A stretch of 64,000 nt of DNA from Hemiscyllium ocellatum (taxonomy: Eukaryota): positions 39,866,001-39,930,000 of the forward strand of contig NC_083426.1 in NCBI RefSeq assembly GCF_020745735.1, in the 5' to 3' direction. The notes beneath the pieces are model-generated. The model was not told the DNA's origin and did not search any database. It saw nothing but the letters and a program-made list of their open reading frames with translations. Of the stretch, positions 24,271 through 35,523 are shown in pieces (the stretch's first letter is position 1; each line of letters begins with the position of its first letter). The translations under genes and the position numbers were made by a program.

Positions 24271-26429
24271 AAAAAGAAAGGAGTCTAACAGGAAAGGCAG
24301 TGGAACAGCAATGGTAGGAGTTTCTGGGAGTAATTCAGGAGGCACAGCAGAGATTCATCCCAAGGGAAAAAGAAGCATTGTACAGGGAGGATGAGGCAAC
24401 CTTGGCTTACTAGGGAAGTCAGGGAAAGCATAAAAGCAAAACAGAAAGCATGTAACGTGGCAAAGGGCAGTGGGAAACAAGAGGATTGGGAAGCTTACAA
24501 AGACCAACAGAGGGCAACAAACAAAGAAATAAGGAGGGAGAAGCTTAAATGTGAGGATAAGCTAGCCAGTAATATAAAGGAAGACTGTAAGAGTTTCTTT
24601 AGATATATCAAGAGAGCAAAAGAGAGGCAAAAGTGGACATTGGGCTGCTGGAAAATGGCGCTGGAGAGGTAGTAGCGGGAACAAGGAAATGGCTGAGGAA
24701 CCGAATAATTACTTCATCAGTCTTCACAGTGGAAGACATGACTAATTTCCCAAAAATTCAAGAGAGTGAGGGGGTCGAGCTGAATATGGTGGCCATCACC
24801 AAGGAGAGGATGCTAGATAAATTGAATGCGCTGAAAGTGGATAAATCACCTGGACCAAATGGACTACTTCCCAGAGTTCTGACAGAGATACTGAAGAGAT
24901 AGTGGAGGTGTTAGTGGTGGTCTTTCAGGAATCACTAGAATCAGGGAGGGTCCCAGAGGATTGGAAAATCGCTAACATGGCACCTCTGTTTAAAAAGAAG
25001 AAAGGCAAAAGACAGAAAATTACAGACTGATTAGCCAAACTCCGCCGTGGGTAAGATCCAGGAATGCATTGTGAAGGATAAAATAACTGAATATTTGAAA
25101 TTGTATGGTAAAATAGTGCAAAGTCAGCATGGTCTCATCAAGGAGAGGTCATGCCTGATAAATGTGCTATAATTCTTTGAGGAAGTAATGAGTAGGTTAG
25201 ACCAAAGAGAGCCAATGGATGTTATCTACCTGGACTTCAAGAAGGCCTTTGACAAGGTACTGCGCAGGAGGCTACTGAGTAAGGTAATGGCCCATGGTGT
25301 CACATGCAAAATGGATTGAAGCTTGACTGTCTGTCAGAAAGCAGAGCGTGGGGATAAAAGGATTCTTCTCAGGATGGCAGCTGGTGATAAGTGGAGTTTC
25401 ATAGGCTCAGTGTTGGGACCACAACTTTTCACTGCATACATTAACGACCTAGATGAGGGAACTGTGGGTATTCTGGCTAGGTTTGCAGATGATACAAAGA
25501 TAGGTAGAGGGACAGGTAGCATTGAGGAGGCAGGGAGGCTGCAGAAGGATTTGGACAGGTTAGGAAAATAGGCAAAGAAGTGGCAGATGAAATACAATGT
25601 GGGAAAGTGTAAGGTCATGCATTTTGGTAGGAAGAATAGAGGCATGGACTATTTTCTAAGTGGGGAGAAAATTCAGAAGTCTGAATTTCAAAGAGATTTG
25701 GGAGTCCTAGTCCAGGATTCTCTTTAGGTAAACCTGCAGGTTGAGTTAGTAGTTAGGAAGGCAAATGTAATGATGGCGTTTATTTTGAGAGGACTTGAAT
25801 ATAACAGCAGGGACGTACTTTTGAGGGTCTATAAGGCTCTGGTCAGACACCATTTGGAGTATTGCATGCAGTTTTGGGACTCATATCTCAGGAAGGATGT
25901 ACTGGCCCTGGAGCATGTTCAGAGGAGGTCCATGAGAATGGTCCCAGGAATGAAAAGCTTAACATATAAGGAATGTTTGAGGACTCTGTGTTTATACTAG
26001 TTAGAGTTTAGAAGGATGAGGGAGGATCTAATTGAAACATACAGAATACTGAATGGCCTGGGCACAGTAGATGTTGAGAAGATGTTTCCATTGGTGGGAG
26101 AGACTAGGATCTGAAGGCACAGTCTTAGAGTAAAGGGAAGACCTTTTAGAACTGCGATAAGGAGAAACTTCTTCAGCCCAAAGAGTGGTGAATCTATGGA
26201 ATTCATTGTCACAGAAGGCCGTGGAGGCCAGGTCATTGAGTGTATTTAAGACTGAGAAAGATAGGCTCTTGAGTATCGAGGGGATCAAGGGTTATGGAGA
26301 GAATGGGGTTGAGAAACGTATCAGCCATGATTGAATGGAGGAGCAGACTCGATGGGCTGAATGGCCTAATTTCTACTCCTCTGTCTTATGGTCTTACTCT
26401 TTTGCTTCACTTTAGCTCACTCTCTCAGC

Positions 26430-29400
26430 AGAGCAGGTAAGGGCTGTTTGGTAGTGGCTGCTTGAAGGCTCGGTGACGTTTGTTTAATGGTTTAAATTTG
26501 AATTATTTTTTAAAAAAAAGCGCGGAGCGCACCCGGAAGCTGGTGTAGCGCAAGCTTACCTGGGTAAGTTGTTTTCCTATAAAGGTGCGCAGGAGAGGAA
26601 CCCGAGGCACTACAAGGGTAGAGCCTCCCACCCGCCCTCCTCCTCTCACCTAATAATAAGACCCGTTGTGGTAAGCAGGTAAGTGCTGCATTTTGCTTAT
26701 TCTCGTGTTTAGACCTAGTTTTTTTTAAAGGTTACTTTTAGAGGGATGGCAGTGAAGACAGTGCAATGTTCCTCTTGCAACATGTATAAGGTGAGGGATG
26801 CCATGGTCGTCCCTGCTGATTACACTTGCAGGAAGTGCACCCTTCTCCAGCTCCTCCAAGACCGTGTTAGGGAACTGGAGCTGGAGTGGGATGAACTTAG
26901 GATCATTCGGGAGGCAGAGGGGGTCATAGATCGGAGCTTTAGGGAAGTAGTAACTCCAAAGATTGCAGACAGATGGGTGACAGTGAGGAGGACTGGGAGG
27001 AAGCTGCCAGTGCAGAGACCCCCTGCGGCCGTTCCCCTCAAAAACAAGTATACCGTTTTGGATACTTATCGGGGGGACAACTTACCAGGGGTAAGAATGG
27101 GGTTCAGGCCTCTGGCACAGAGCCTATCCCCGTTGCTCAGAAGGGAAGGGTGGAGAAGAGCAAAGCAATAGTTATTGGGGACTCGATAGTTCGGGGCACA
27201 GATAGGCGGTTTTGTGGGGGTGAGAGAAACTCACGATTGGTACGTTGCCTCCCAGGTACAAGGGTACGTGACATCTCTGATCGTGTTTCCCGGGTCCTTA
27301 AGGGGGAGGGGGAGCAGTCCGAAGTCGTGGTCCACATTGGCACCAACGACATAGGTAGGAAGAGGGATGAGGATGTTAGGCAGGCTTTTAGGGAGCTAGG
27401 TTGGAAGCTCAGAATTAGAACAAACAGAGATGTTGTCTCTGGTTTGTTACCCGTGCCACGTGATAGAGAGTCGAGGAATAGGGAGAGAGAGCAGTTAAAT
27501 GCGTGGCTACAGGAATGGTGCAGGAGGGAGGGATTCCAGTTTCTGGATAACTGGGGTTCTTTCTGGGGAAGGTGGGACCTCTATAAACAGGATGGTCTAC
27601 ACCTGAACCTGAGGGGCACCAGTATCCTTGGGGGGAGGTTTGATAGTGCTCTTTCGGGGGGTTTAAACTAACTCTGCAGGGGCATGGGAACCTAGACTGT
27701 AGTTTTAGGGTGCAGGACCTCGAGTGTAGGGAGGTTAGGAACCAGGCATCAATCTCGATGGAGGGTGCCTGTAAACAGGAAGGTGGCTTCAAGTGTGTAT
27801 ACTTCAATGCGAGAAGTATACGAAATAAGGCAGGTGAACTTGCAGCGTTGGTTGGTACTTGGGAGTTCGATATTGTGGCTATTACGGAGACATGGGTAGA
27901 ACAGGGACAGGATTGGTTGTTGCAGGTTCCAGGGTTTAAATGTTTTAGTAGGGTCAGAGGTGGGGGTAAAAGAGGGGGAGGTGTGGCATTGCTTGTCAAA
28001 GATAGTATTACAGCAGTGGAAAGGACGATGGATGAAGACTCGCCACCTGAGGTAGTTTGGGCTGAGCTTAGAAATAGGAAAGGTGAGGTCACCCTGTTAG
28101 GAGTTTTCCAAAGGCCTCCTAATAGTCCTAGAGACGTAGAAGAAAGGATTGCGAGGATGATTCAGAAGAAGAGTGAAAGTAATAGGGTGGTTGTTATGGG
28201 GGACTTTAACTTTCCAGATATTGACTGGGAAAGCTATAGCTCGAGTACGTTAGATGGGCCGGTGTTTGTCCAATGTGTGCAGGAGGGTTTCCTGACAAAA
28301 TGTGTAGACAGGCCAACAAGAGGTGAGGCCATACTGGATTTGGTTCTGGGTAACAAACCAGGCCAGGTGCTAGAATTGGAGGTAGGTGAACACTTTGGGG
28401 ACAGTGACCACAATTCGGTGACTTTTACTCTAGTGATGGAGAGGGATAAGTGTGCACTGCAGGGCAAGAGTTATAGCTGGGGGCAGGAAAATTATGATGC
28501 GGTGAGGCATGACTTAAGATGCGTGGCTTGGAAAAGTAGGCTTCAAGGGAAGGGTGCAATCGATATGTGGAGCTTGTTCAACTGAGTGTCCTTGATAAGT
28601 ATGTACCTGTCAGGCAGGGAGGAAAGAGTCGTGTGAGGGAGCCGTGGTTTAATAAGGAATTGGAATCCCTTGTTAAAGGGAAGAGGGCGGCCTATGTAAA
28701 GATGAGGCGTGAACGTTCAATTGAGGCGATTGAGAGTTATAAGGTAGCCAGGAAGGATCTAAAGAGAGAGCTAAGAGCAGCAAGGAGGGGACATGAAAAG
28801 TCCTTGGTTGATAGGATTAGGGAAAACCCAAAGGCTTTCTATCGGTATGTCAAGAATAAAAGAATGACTAGGGTAGGAATAGGTCCCGTCAAAGATAGTA
28901 GTGGGAAGTTGCGTGTGGAGGCTGAAGAAATTGGGGATACACTGAATGAATACTTTTCGTCAGTATTCACTCAGGAACAGGACATTGATGCCGATGTGAA
29001 TATTGAGTCACAATTAATTAGAATGGATGACTTTGAGATATGTAGGGAAGAGGTGTTGGAAATTCTGGAAAGGGTGAACATAGATAAGTCCCCTGGGCCT
29101 GATGGCATTTATCCTAGGATTCTCTGGGAAGCAAGGGAGGAGATTGCAGAGCCATTGGCCTTGATTTTTATGTCCTCGTTGTCTACAGGAATAGTGCCAG
29201 AAGACTGGAGGATAGCAAATGTGGTTCCCTTGTTCAAGAAGGGGAGTAGGGATAACCCTAGTAACTATAGGCCGGTGAGTCTCACTTCTGTTGTGGGCAA
29301 AGTCTTAGAGAGAATTGTAAGGGATAGGATTTATGAACATCTGGATAGGAATAATGTGATCAAGGATAGTCAGCATGGTTTTGTGAAGGGCAGGTCGTGC

Positions 29401-30628
29401 CTCACAAACCTTATTGAATTCTTTGAGAAGGTGACTAAGGAGGTGGACGAGGGTAAAGCGGTTGATGTGGTGTATATGGATTTTAGTAAGGCGTTTGATA
29501 AGTTTCCCCATGGTAGGCTACTGCAAAAAATACGGAGGTATGGCATTGAGGGGGAGTTGGAGGTTTGGATTAGGAATTGGCTGGCTAGAAGAAGACAGAG
29601 GGTAGTAGTTGATGGTAAAGGTTCATCTTGGAGTGCAGTTACCAGCGGTGTTCCGCAAGGATCTGTTTTGGGACCATTGCTGTTTGTCATTTTTATAAAT
29701 GAACTGGAGGAGGGGCTAGAAGGTTGGGTGAGCAAGTTTGCGGATGATACGAAAGTCGGTGGAGTTGTTGACAGTGAGGAAGGATGTGGCAGGTAACAGC
29801 GGGATATAGATAAGCTGCAGAGCTGGGCAGAAAGGTGGCAAATGGAGTTCAATGTCGCTAAGTGTGAAGTGATTCACTTTGGTATAGAGTAACAAGAAGA
29901 TGGAGTACTGGGCTAATGGTTGGATACTTGGTAGTGTGGATGAGCAGAGGGATCTTGGTGTCCATGTACACAGATCTCTGAAAGTTGCCACCCAGGTAAA
30001 TAGTGCTGTGAAGAAGGCATATGGTGTACTGGCTTTTATTTGTAGAGGAATTGAGTTCCGGAGTCCTGAGGTCATGTTGCAGTTGTATAAGATTCTGGTG
30101 CAGCCGCATCTGGAGTATTGTGTGCAGTTTTGGTCGCCATACTATAGGAAGGATGTGGAGGCACTGGAACGGGTGCAGAGGAGGTTTACTAGGATGTTGC
30201 CTGGTATGGTAGGAAGATCGTATGAGGAAAGGCTGAGGCACTTGGGGCTGTTTTCATTGGAGAAAAGAAGGTTTAGGGGAGATTTGATAGAGGTGTACAA
30301 GATGATTAGGGGTTTAGATAGGGTTGACCATGAGAACCTTTTTCCACGTATGGAGTCAGATATTACGAGGGGGCATAGCTTTAAATTAAGGGGTGGTAGG
30401 TATAGGACAGATGTTAGGGGTAGATTCTTTACTTAGCGAGTCGTGGGTTCATGGAATGCCCTGTCAGTAACAGTGGTGGACTTTCCCTCTTCATGGGCAT
30501 TTAAATGGGCATTGGATAGGCATATGGAGGAAAGTGGGCTAGTGTAGGTTAGGTGGGCTTGGATTGGCGCAACATCGAGGGCCGAAGGGCCTGTACTGCG
30601 CTGTATTTTTCTATGTTCTATGTTCTAT
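26430..30628 (+). mobile_element. Near full-length, young CR1 LINE 'C' (ORF1 zinc finger/coiled coil/SGNH esterase; ORF2 APE-RT)
   Basis: ORF1 26746-27671 (CSSC..CRKC, GDSIVRG, HIGTND, DGLHL); ORF2 27710-30550 in three long ORF pieces; (ttctatg)n tail; about five lesions; 5' boundary approximate. Confidence 0.93.
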
Positions 30629-31529
30629 TTTTTCCAACAGCAATCTGGACGGTCAACTTGCTTGAAGTGTGGCCCTAACTGAATGGGCTGAAATTAATAA
30701 TGCCTGGCCATTAATGAATGCATTGAGCACAAAGGCATTTCAAGCCGGATTTGTGAAATATTCGGGAAAATAAATTGGAGTCAGAGGAGAAGAGCTCATG
30801 TCTAATGGGCTAAGGATTTATGCCGCCGTTGATAGGAAAAGACATCAGTGGCCGGTCCCTGCCTCTGGGTGTTGTACCTTTATAAATATTCTGTTGCAGC
30901 AGTATTTAGAGCACCAACTGGGGTCTGCTACTAAAAGGTACTTTGTCCTAAATCCCCCGAGGGAGGACGTGTCAAGGTCACAATGTGGGGATGTTAGTAA
31001 ACTTCTGTTCAATGAGATGCCAGGCATAAAAATCTTCAATAACCTTGGACTGAAATTACAGTGGAAAGTGTTGATACAATGCAAAATCTGACCTTGTGCA
31101 AATGATCCGTGAAAGAAATGATCACACAGGGACTGGGAACACCTCTATTCTTTATCCCCAGAAGTAACTCTTTAACACAATCACAGTCATTGTCAGCTCA
31201 GTTCCTTGAACCATATAAACAGTAAAGCCTTTTAAGAATAACACATTGGAAAGTGACATTTCTCTGAAAGTGAACAGACTAAGGTAGCAAGAATTGGACA
31301 GATAGAATGTTTTAAGGAAAGCTTCCTGTTGGAAAACAATACCTAACAGAAAGTTCCACACTCTATAATAACCTGTTGCACAATTCATGCAAAAATAGGC
31401 CCAAACATTCACTATATGCATTGTGCTTAATTTTCCTTAAACCATCCAACCAAGCGATTAGAGTGATGACAGAGCTACATATAGCTTTTCTTAGTCTGTG
31501 CCAATATTGGCACTTGTTCTGCCATTGAA

Positions 31530-32263
31530 GAACATAGAACATAGGACAGTACAGCACAGAACAGGCCCTTCAGCCCACGATGTTGTGCCGACCATTGATC
31601 CTCATGTATGCACCCTCAAATTTCTGTGACCATATGCATGTCCCGTAGTCTCTTAAATGTCCCCAATGACCTTGCTTCCACAACTGCTGCTGGCAACGCA
31701 TTCCATGCTCTCACAACACTCTGTGTAAAGAACCCGCCTCTGACATCCCCTCTACACTTTCCTCCAACCAGCTTAAAACTATGACCCCTCGTGTCAGTCA
31801 TTTCTGCCCTGGGAAATAGTCTCTGGCTATCAACTCTATCTATGCCTCTCATTATCTTGTATACCTCAATTAGGTCCCCTCTCCTCCTCCTTTTCTCCAA
31901 TGAAAAAAGTCTGAGCTCAATCAATCTCCCTTCATAAGATAAGCCCTCCAGTCCAGGCAGCATCCTGGTAAACCTCCTCTGAACCCTCTCCAAAGCATCC
32001 ACATCTTTCCTATAATATGGCGACCAGAACTGGATGCAGTATTCCAAGTGCGGTCTAACCAATGTTTTATACAGCTGCAACAAGATCTCACGACTCTTAA
32101 ACTCAATCCCCCTGTTAATGAAAGCCAAAACACCATATGCTTTCTTAACAACCCTGTCCACTTGGGTGGCCATTTTAAGGGATCTGTGTACCTGCACACC
32201 AAGATCCCTCTGTTCCTCCACACTGCCAAGAATCCTATCCTTAATCCTGTACTCAGCTTTCAA
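31530..32263 (-). mobile_element. 5'-truncated CR1 LINE with uninterrupted ORF2 C-terminus
   Basis: 215-aa ORF 31616..32263 (RPHLEYC, LERVQRR, TRGH..KL, WNALP); (gaacata)n tail. Confidence 0.92.
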
Positions 32264-32709
32264 ATAAGAAACTTATAAAAAACATCAGTCATTTCAATAA
32301 CCATACTTCTAAGACATAGATATGGGAGACAATATTAAAAACATCTTTTATTTACAAAGAATAATCAAACAATCATGCCTGTTTTAATCTTAGATATTTC
32401 TGGACCAAGAATTTAAAAATGCCTAGTTCAAAACTGGGTAGATGGCAACATGAGGAAAACAAATGGAACATAAACTTGATTTGCTCTGAGGAGCAAGTGT
32501 AATAAATACAGAAATTTGTCTGTGTTTCCTAAATTTCTCAGCCTTGAACCTTCTTTGAGAAACTCCTCAAAAACCACCACGTTACCAAGCTTCTGGTCAC
32601 CTACACTAGAATCTCCTAATGTAGCTCAGTGCCTAATTTTTGTCTGATATTACTTCATCAAATGACTTCAAGGCAGTATGTAAATACAGGCTATTAGTAT
32701 TGTTGTAAG

Positions 32710-33631
32710 AGTAAAAAATGAGGTCTGCAGATGCTGGAGATCACAGCTGCAAATGTGTTGCTGGTCAAAGCACAGCAGGTTAGGCAGCATCTCAGGAATA
32801 GAGAATTCGACGTTTCGAGCATGAGCCCTTCATCAGGAATAAGAGAGAGAGAGCCAAGCAGGCTGAGATAAAAGGTAGGGAGGAGGGACTAGGGGGAGGG
32901 GCGATGGAGGTGGGATAGGTGGAAGGAGGTCAAGGCGAGGGTGATAGGCCGGAGTGGGGTGGGGGCGGAGAGGTCAGGAAGAGGATTGCAGGTTAGGAGG
33001 GCGGTGCTGAGTTGAGGGAACCGACTGAGACAAGGTGGGGGGAGGGGAAATGAGGAAGCTGGAGAAATCTGAATTCATACCTTGTGGTTGGAGGGTTCCC
33101 AGGCGGAAGATGAGGCGCTCCTCCTCCAGCCGTCGTGTAGTTGTGTTCTGCCGGTGGAGGAGTCCAAGGACCTGCATGTCCTCGGTGCAGTGGGAGGGGG
33201 AGTTAAAGTGTTGAGCCACGGGGTGATTGGGTTGGTTGGTTCGGGCGGCCCAGAGGTGTTCTCTGAAGCGTTCCGCAAGTAAGCGGCCTGTCTCACCAAT
33301 ATAGAGGAGGCCACATCGGGTGCAGCGGATGCAATAGATGATGTGTGTGGAGGTACAGGTGAACTTGTGGCGGATATGGAAGGATCCCTTGGGGCCTTGG
33401 AGGGAAGTGAGTGTGGAGGTGTGGGCGCAAGTTTTACATTTCCTGCGGTTGCAGGGGAAGGTGCCGGGGGTGGAGGTTGGGTTGGTGGGGGGTGTGGATC
33501 TGACAAGGGAGTCACGAAGGGAGTGGTCCTTGCGGAACGCTGATAGGGGAGGGGAGGGAAATATATCCTTGGTGGTGGGGTCCGTTTGGAGGTGGCGGAA
33601 TTGGCGGCGGATAATACGTTGTATGCGCAGG
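32710..33631 (-). mobile_element. 5'-truncated Penelope-like retroelement, family A, with intact GIY-YIG endonuclease frame and 3' pLTR
   Basis: ORF 32974..33702: CNRRKCKTC, IIYCIRC..C.LLYIGETGR, RFREH, VAQHFN, GTLQPQGMN; 3' region matches the fold-back arms. Confidence 0.93.
32805..32840 (-). ncRNA. Minimal type-I hammerhead ribozyme motif in the PLE 3' terminal repeat (family A)
   Basis: AUUC-CUGAUGA-a-GGGC-ucau-GCUC-GAAA-C-GUC/GAAU: 4-bp stem I, 4-bp stem II with one G-U, palindromic ACGU in place of stem III. Confidence 0.75.
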
Positions 33632-34086
33632 TTTTGAATGACATGGTATGCATTAAATATATGAAGCAACTGAGTAAAGTAACCCTTGCTTTGAAAGGCC
33701 AAGTGCAGTGAGAGATGGCCTTGATGAACAGAATGTGGGTGACCTTCCCTTCGTTTTTGACCAGGACTGTTCCCTCTCCCTCAATCAAACTTTGTCTCCA
33801 ATGTCATGCCTAGCTCAGGGGGCAAGTGACCCCAAGATAATTTTGCCATCTTCTTTTTTGATGTTCACATCCTGAATAAATACTCACTCCCTTCCAAAAA
33901 GAAAATATACCATCTGTGTTCAAACTATTTGAAAATAATCTACATAATAACAGTCATGACAGCTCAGACTAATTATTTATTTGTGAAGCACTGGAGATTT
34001 GCTGAGACACGTTAAGTGGCCTATAATCAAGTAAAAAAAAAGTCACACAACACCAGGTTATAGTCCAACAGGTTTAATTGGAAGCA

Positions 34087-34121
34087 CACTAGCTTTCGGA
34101 GCGACGCTCCTTCATCAGGTG
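34087..34121 (-). ncRNA. Minimal type-I hammerhead ribozyme motif (family B, left arm)
   Basis: CAC-CUGAUGA-a-GGAGC-guc-GCUCC-GAAA-G-CUA/GUG; palindromic AGCU. Confidence 0.72.
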
Positions 34122-34274
34122 ATAGTGGAGGGCTCGATCGTAACACAGAATTTATAGCAAAAATTTGCAGTGTTATGTAACTGAAATTATACATTGAAAA
34201 ATTGATTGTCTGTTAAGCATTTCATCTGTTAGAATACAGTGATAGTTTCACTCCTTTCATGTGTAAATCACAAA

Positions 34275-34435
34275 ACCCACACACCCACACCCCACACACA
34301 CCCTTTTAGACACACACACTCCCACGCAGACTTAAGACACTCTGCACCCCCCCCCCCCACACACACACACACACACACAACCCCCACCCCAAACAGACAG
34401 ACAGACACAGACAGACAAAGACCCACATGCACACA
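34275..34435 (+). repeat. Imperfect (CA)n/(CAGA)n microsatellite inside the family B element
   Basis: Visible CA and CAGA runs plus a poly-C tract. Confidence 0.85.
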
Positions 34436-34827
34436 TATGTTTTGTGGGGTGAATTTGTATTGCACTTTGCTCAAAATTGCATACATTCATGTAGAACTCG
34501 GAGCTCAAAAACTGCAGGAATTTATGTAAAACACTGTTATCTCACTTATTAGATTAGAATCAATCTAAACATCAGGTCATAGACAGAAAACACAGAGGGC
34601 TAACACCTTCAACATATTGCCTAGCTATCACCATTGTTAGCAGCTAACCCGAGAATGTAACTTTAAAAAGAAGGGTTTTGTGATTTACACATAAAAGAAG
34701 TGAAACTATCACTGTATTCTAACAGATGAAAGGCTTAACAGACAATCAATTTTTCAATGTATAATTTCAGTTACATCACACTGCAAATTTTTGCTATAAA
34801 TTCTGTTACGATCGAGCCCTCCACAAT

Positions 34828-34862
34828 CACCTGATGAAGGAGCATCGCTCCGAAAGCTAGTG
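34828..34862 (+). ncRNA. Minimal type-I hammerhead ribozyme motif (family B, right arm)
   Basis: CAC-CUGAUGA-a-GGAGC-auc-GCUCC-GAAA-G-CUA/GUG; differs from the left-arm copy only in loop II. Confidence 0.72.
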
Positions 34863-35044
34863 TGCTTCCAATTAAACCTGTTGGACTATAACCTGGTGTT
34901 GTGTGATTTTTAACTTTGTACACCCCAGTCCAACACCGGCATCTCCAAATTATAATCAAGTATTTCTCATGAAGGCGACATTACAGGATTGCTACATCCA
35001 TTAGTACCACTAGAGGACACCAGAGATCTGAGTTCTTCACATAC

Positions 35045-35170
35045 CCACACAATCTTTTTTATTCCAGTGTAGTTTGTAACCACCGTTGGGACAAGAGCAT
35101 TGATAGCTTCCCAGTGTATTAACACAGCCGTGCTTACAGCCACCATGGTTCATGCTGCATTCATCGATAT
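35045..35170 (-). CDS. SCUBE3: SCUBE3-like exon, EGF repeat 9 ([42 protein letters not shown])
   Basis: 126 nt between ctttttcAG and GTatg, phase 1-1; LHWNKKDC motif; [10 protein letters not shown] has the SCUBE3-type length as recalled (human CPAGQGRLHW). Confidence 0.9.
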
Positions 35171-35256
35171 CTGAAAAAGGCACAGGCAAAATTAGTTGGC
35201 TTATATTAAGCAAGTCTATTCTGGCACAAGCAACTTTGTCGTTTGTATTTTTTCAG

Positions 35257-35333
35257 TGGAACACTTCATGACTTTGTGTGTCGTACTTAAGCAGGGGCCA
35301 TGCTAATCTTCTTTGTACCATTCCAACTTTAGT
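35257..35333 (-). pseudogene. 5'-truncated U6 snRNA retrocopy
   Basis: 77-nt ungapped match to recalled U6 nt 24-100 with 12 mismatches by manual count; AGATTAGCATGGCCCCTGC intact, ACAGAGA box mutated to ACAAAGA; short A-run follows. Confidence 0.88.
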
Positions 35334-35523
35334 TTCAGGTCTCAGCTATTGTAATGTTAGTATGACAGCAGCTCTGGGTATCTCTTGCATTTAGATTCCC
35401 CAAAAGCAAGGTCCTGATGACAGGTGACTGTATGATCTTACAAACATGGCTATGACTGGTTCTATGCTGCATAAGTGGGTTCCACATCCTCAAATGCTTG
35501 ATGTGGAAAGATCTGGATTCTCT

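Larger units (their letters stand above)
18780..26397 (+). mobile_element. Decayed CR1 LINE 'A' (ORF1 esterase + ORF2), host of nested insertions
   Basis: VVVIGDSIVRG near 19250, APE pieces 20270-20960, ORF2 resumes at 24271 (DKSPGP, RFADDTK, HLEYC), tail tcttatggtctta; 5' boundary approximate. Confidence 0.8.
34034..34950. mobile_element. 917-bp fold-back PLE derivative (family B), about 240-bp inverted arms, 12-bp TSD
   Basis: tataatcaagta at 34022-34033 and 34951-34962; 34034-34278 is the reverse complement of about 34673-34912; CA-rich centre. Confidence 0.88.

Noticed and set aside
27415-29852. Long antisense ORFs (225 aa and 160 aa) in CR1 C
   Set aside because: Shadow frames of the LINE coding strand.
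33075-33788. 237-aa Pro/Ser/Ala-rich ORF overlapping the GIY-YIG frame
   Set aside because: Alternative frame of C-rich PLE sequence that extends into unrelated flank; no domain signal.
35257-35333. Functional U6 gene
   Set aside because: 5' stem-loop missing, ACAGAGA box mutated, 12 substitutions and no T-run terminator.
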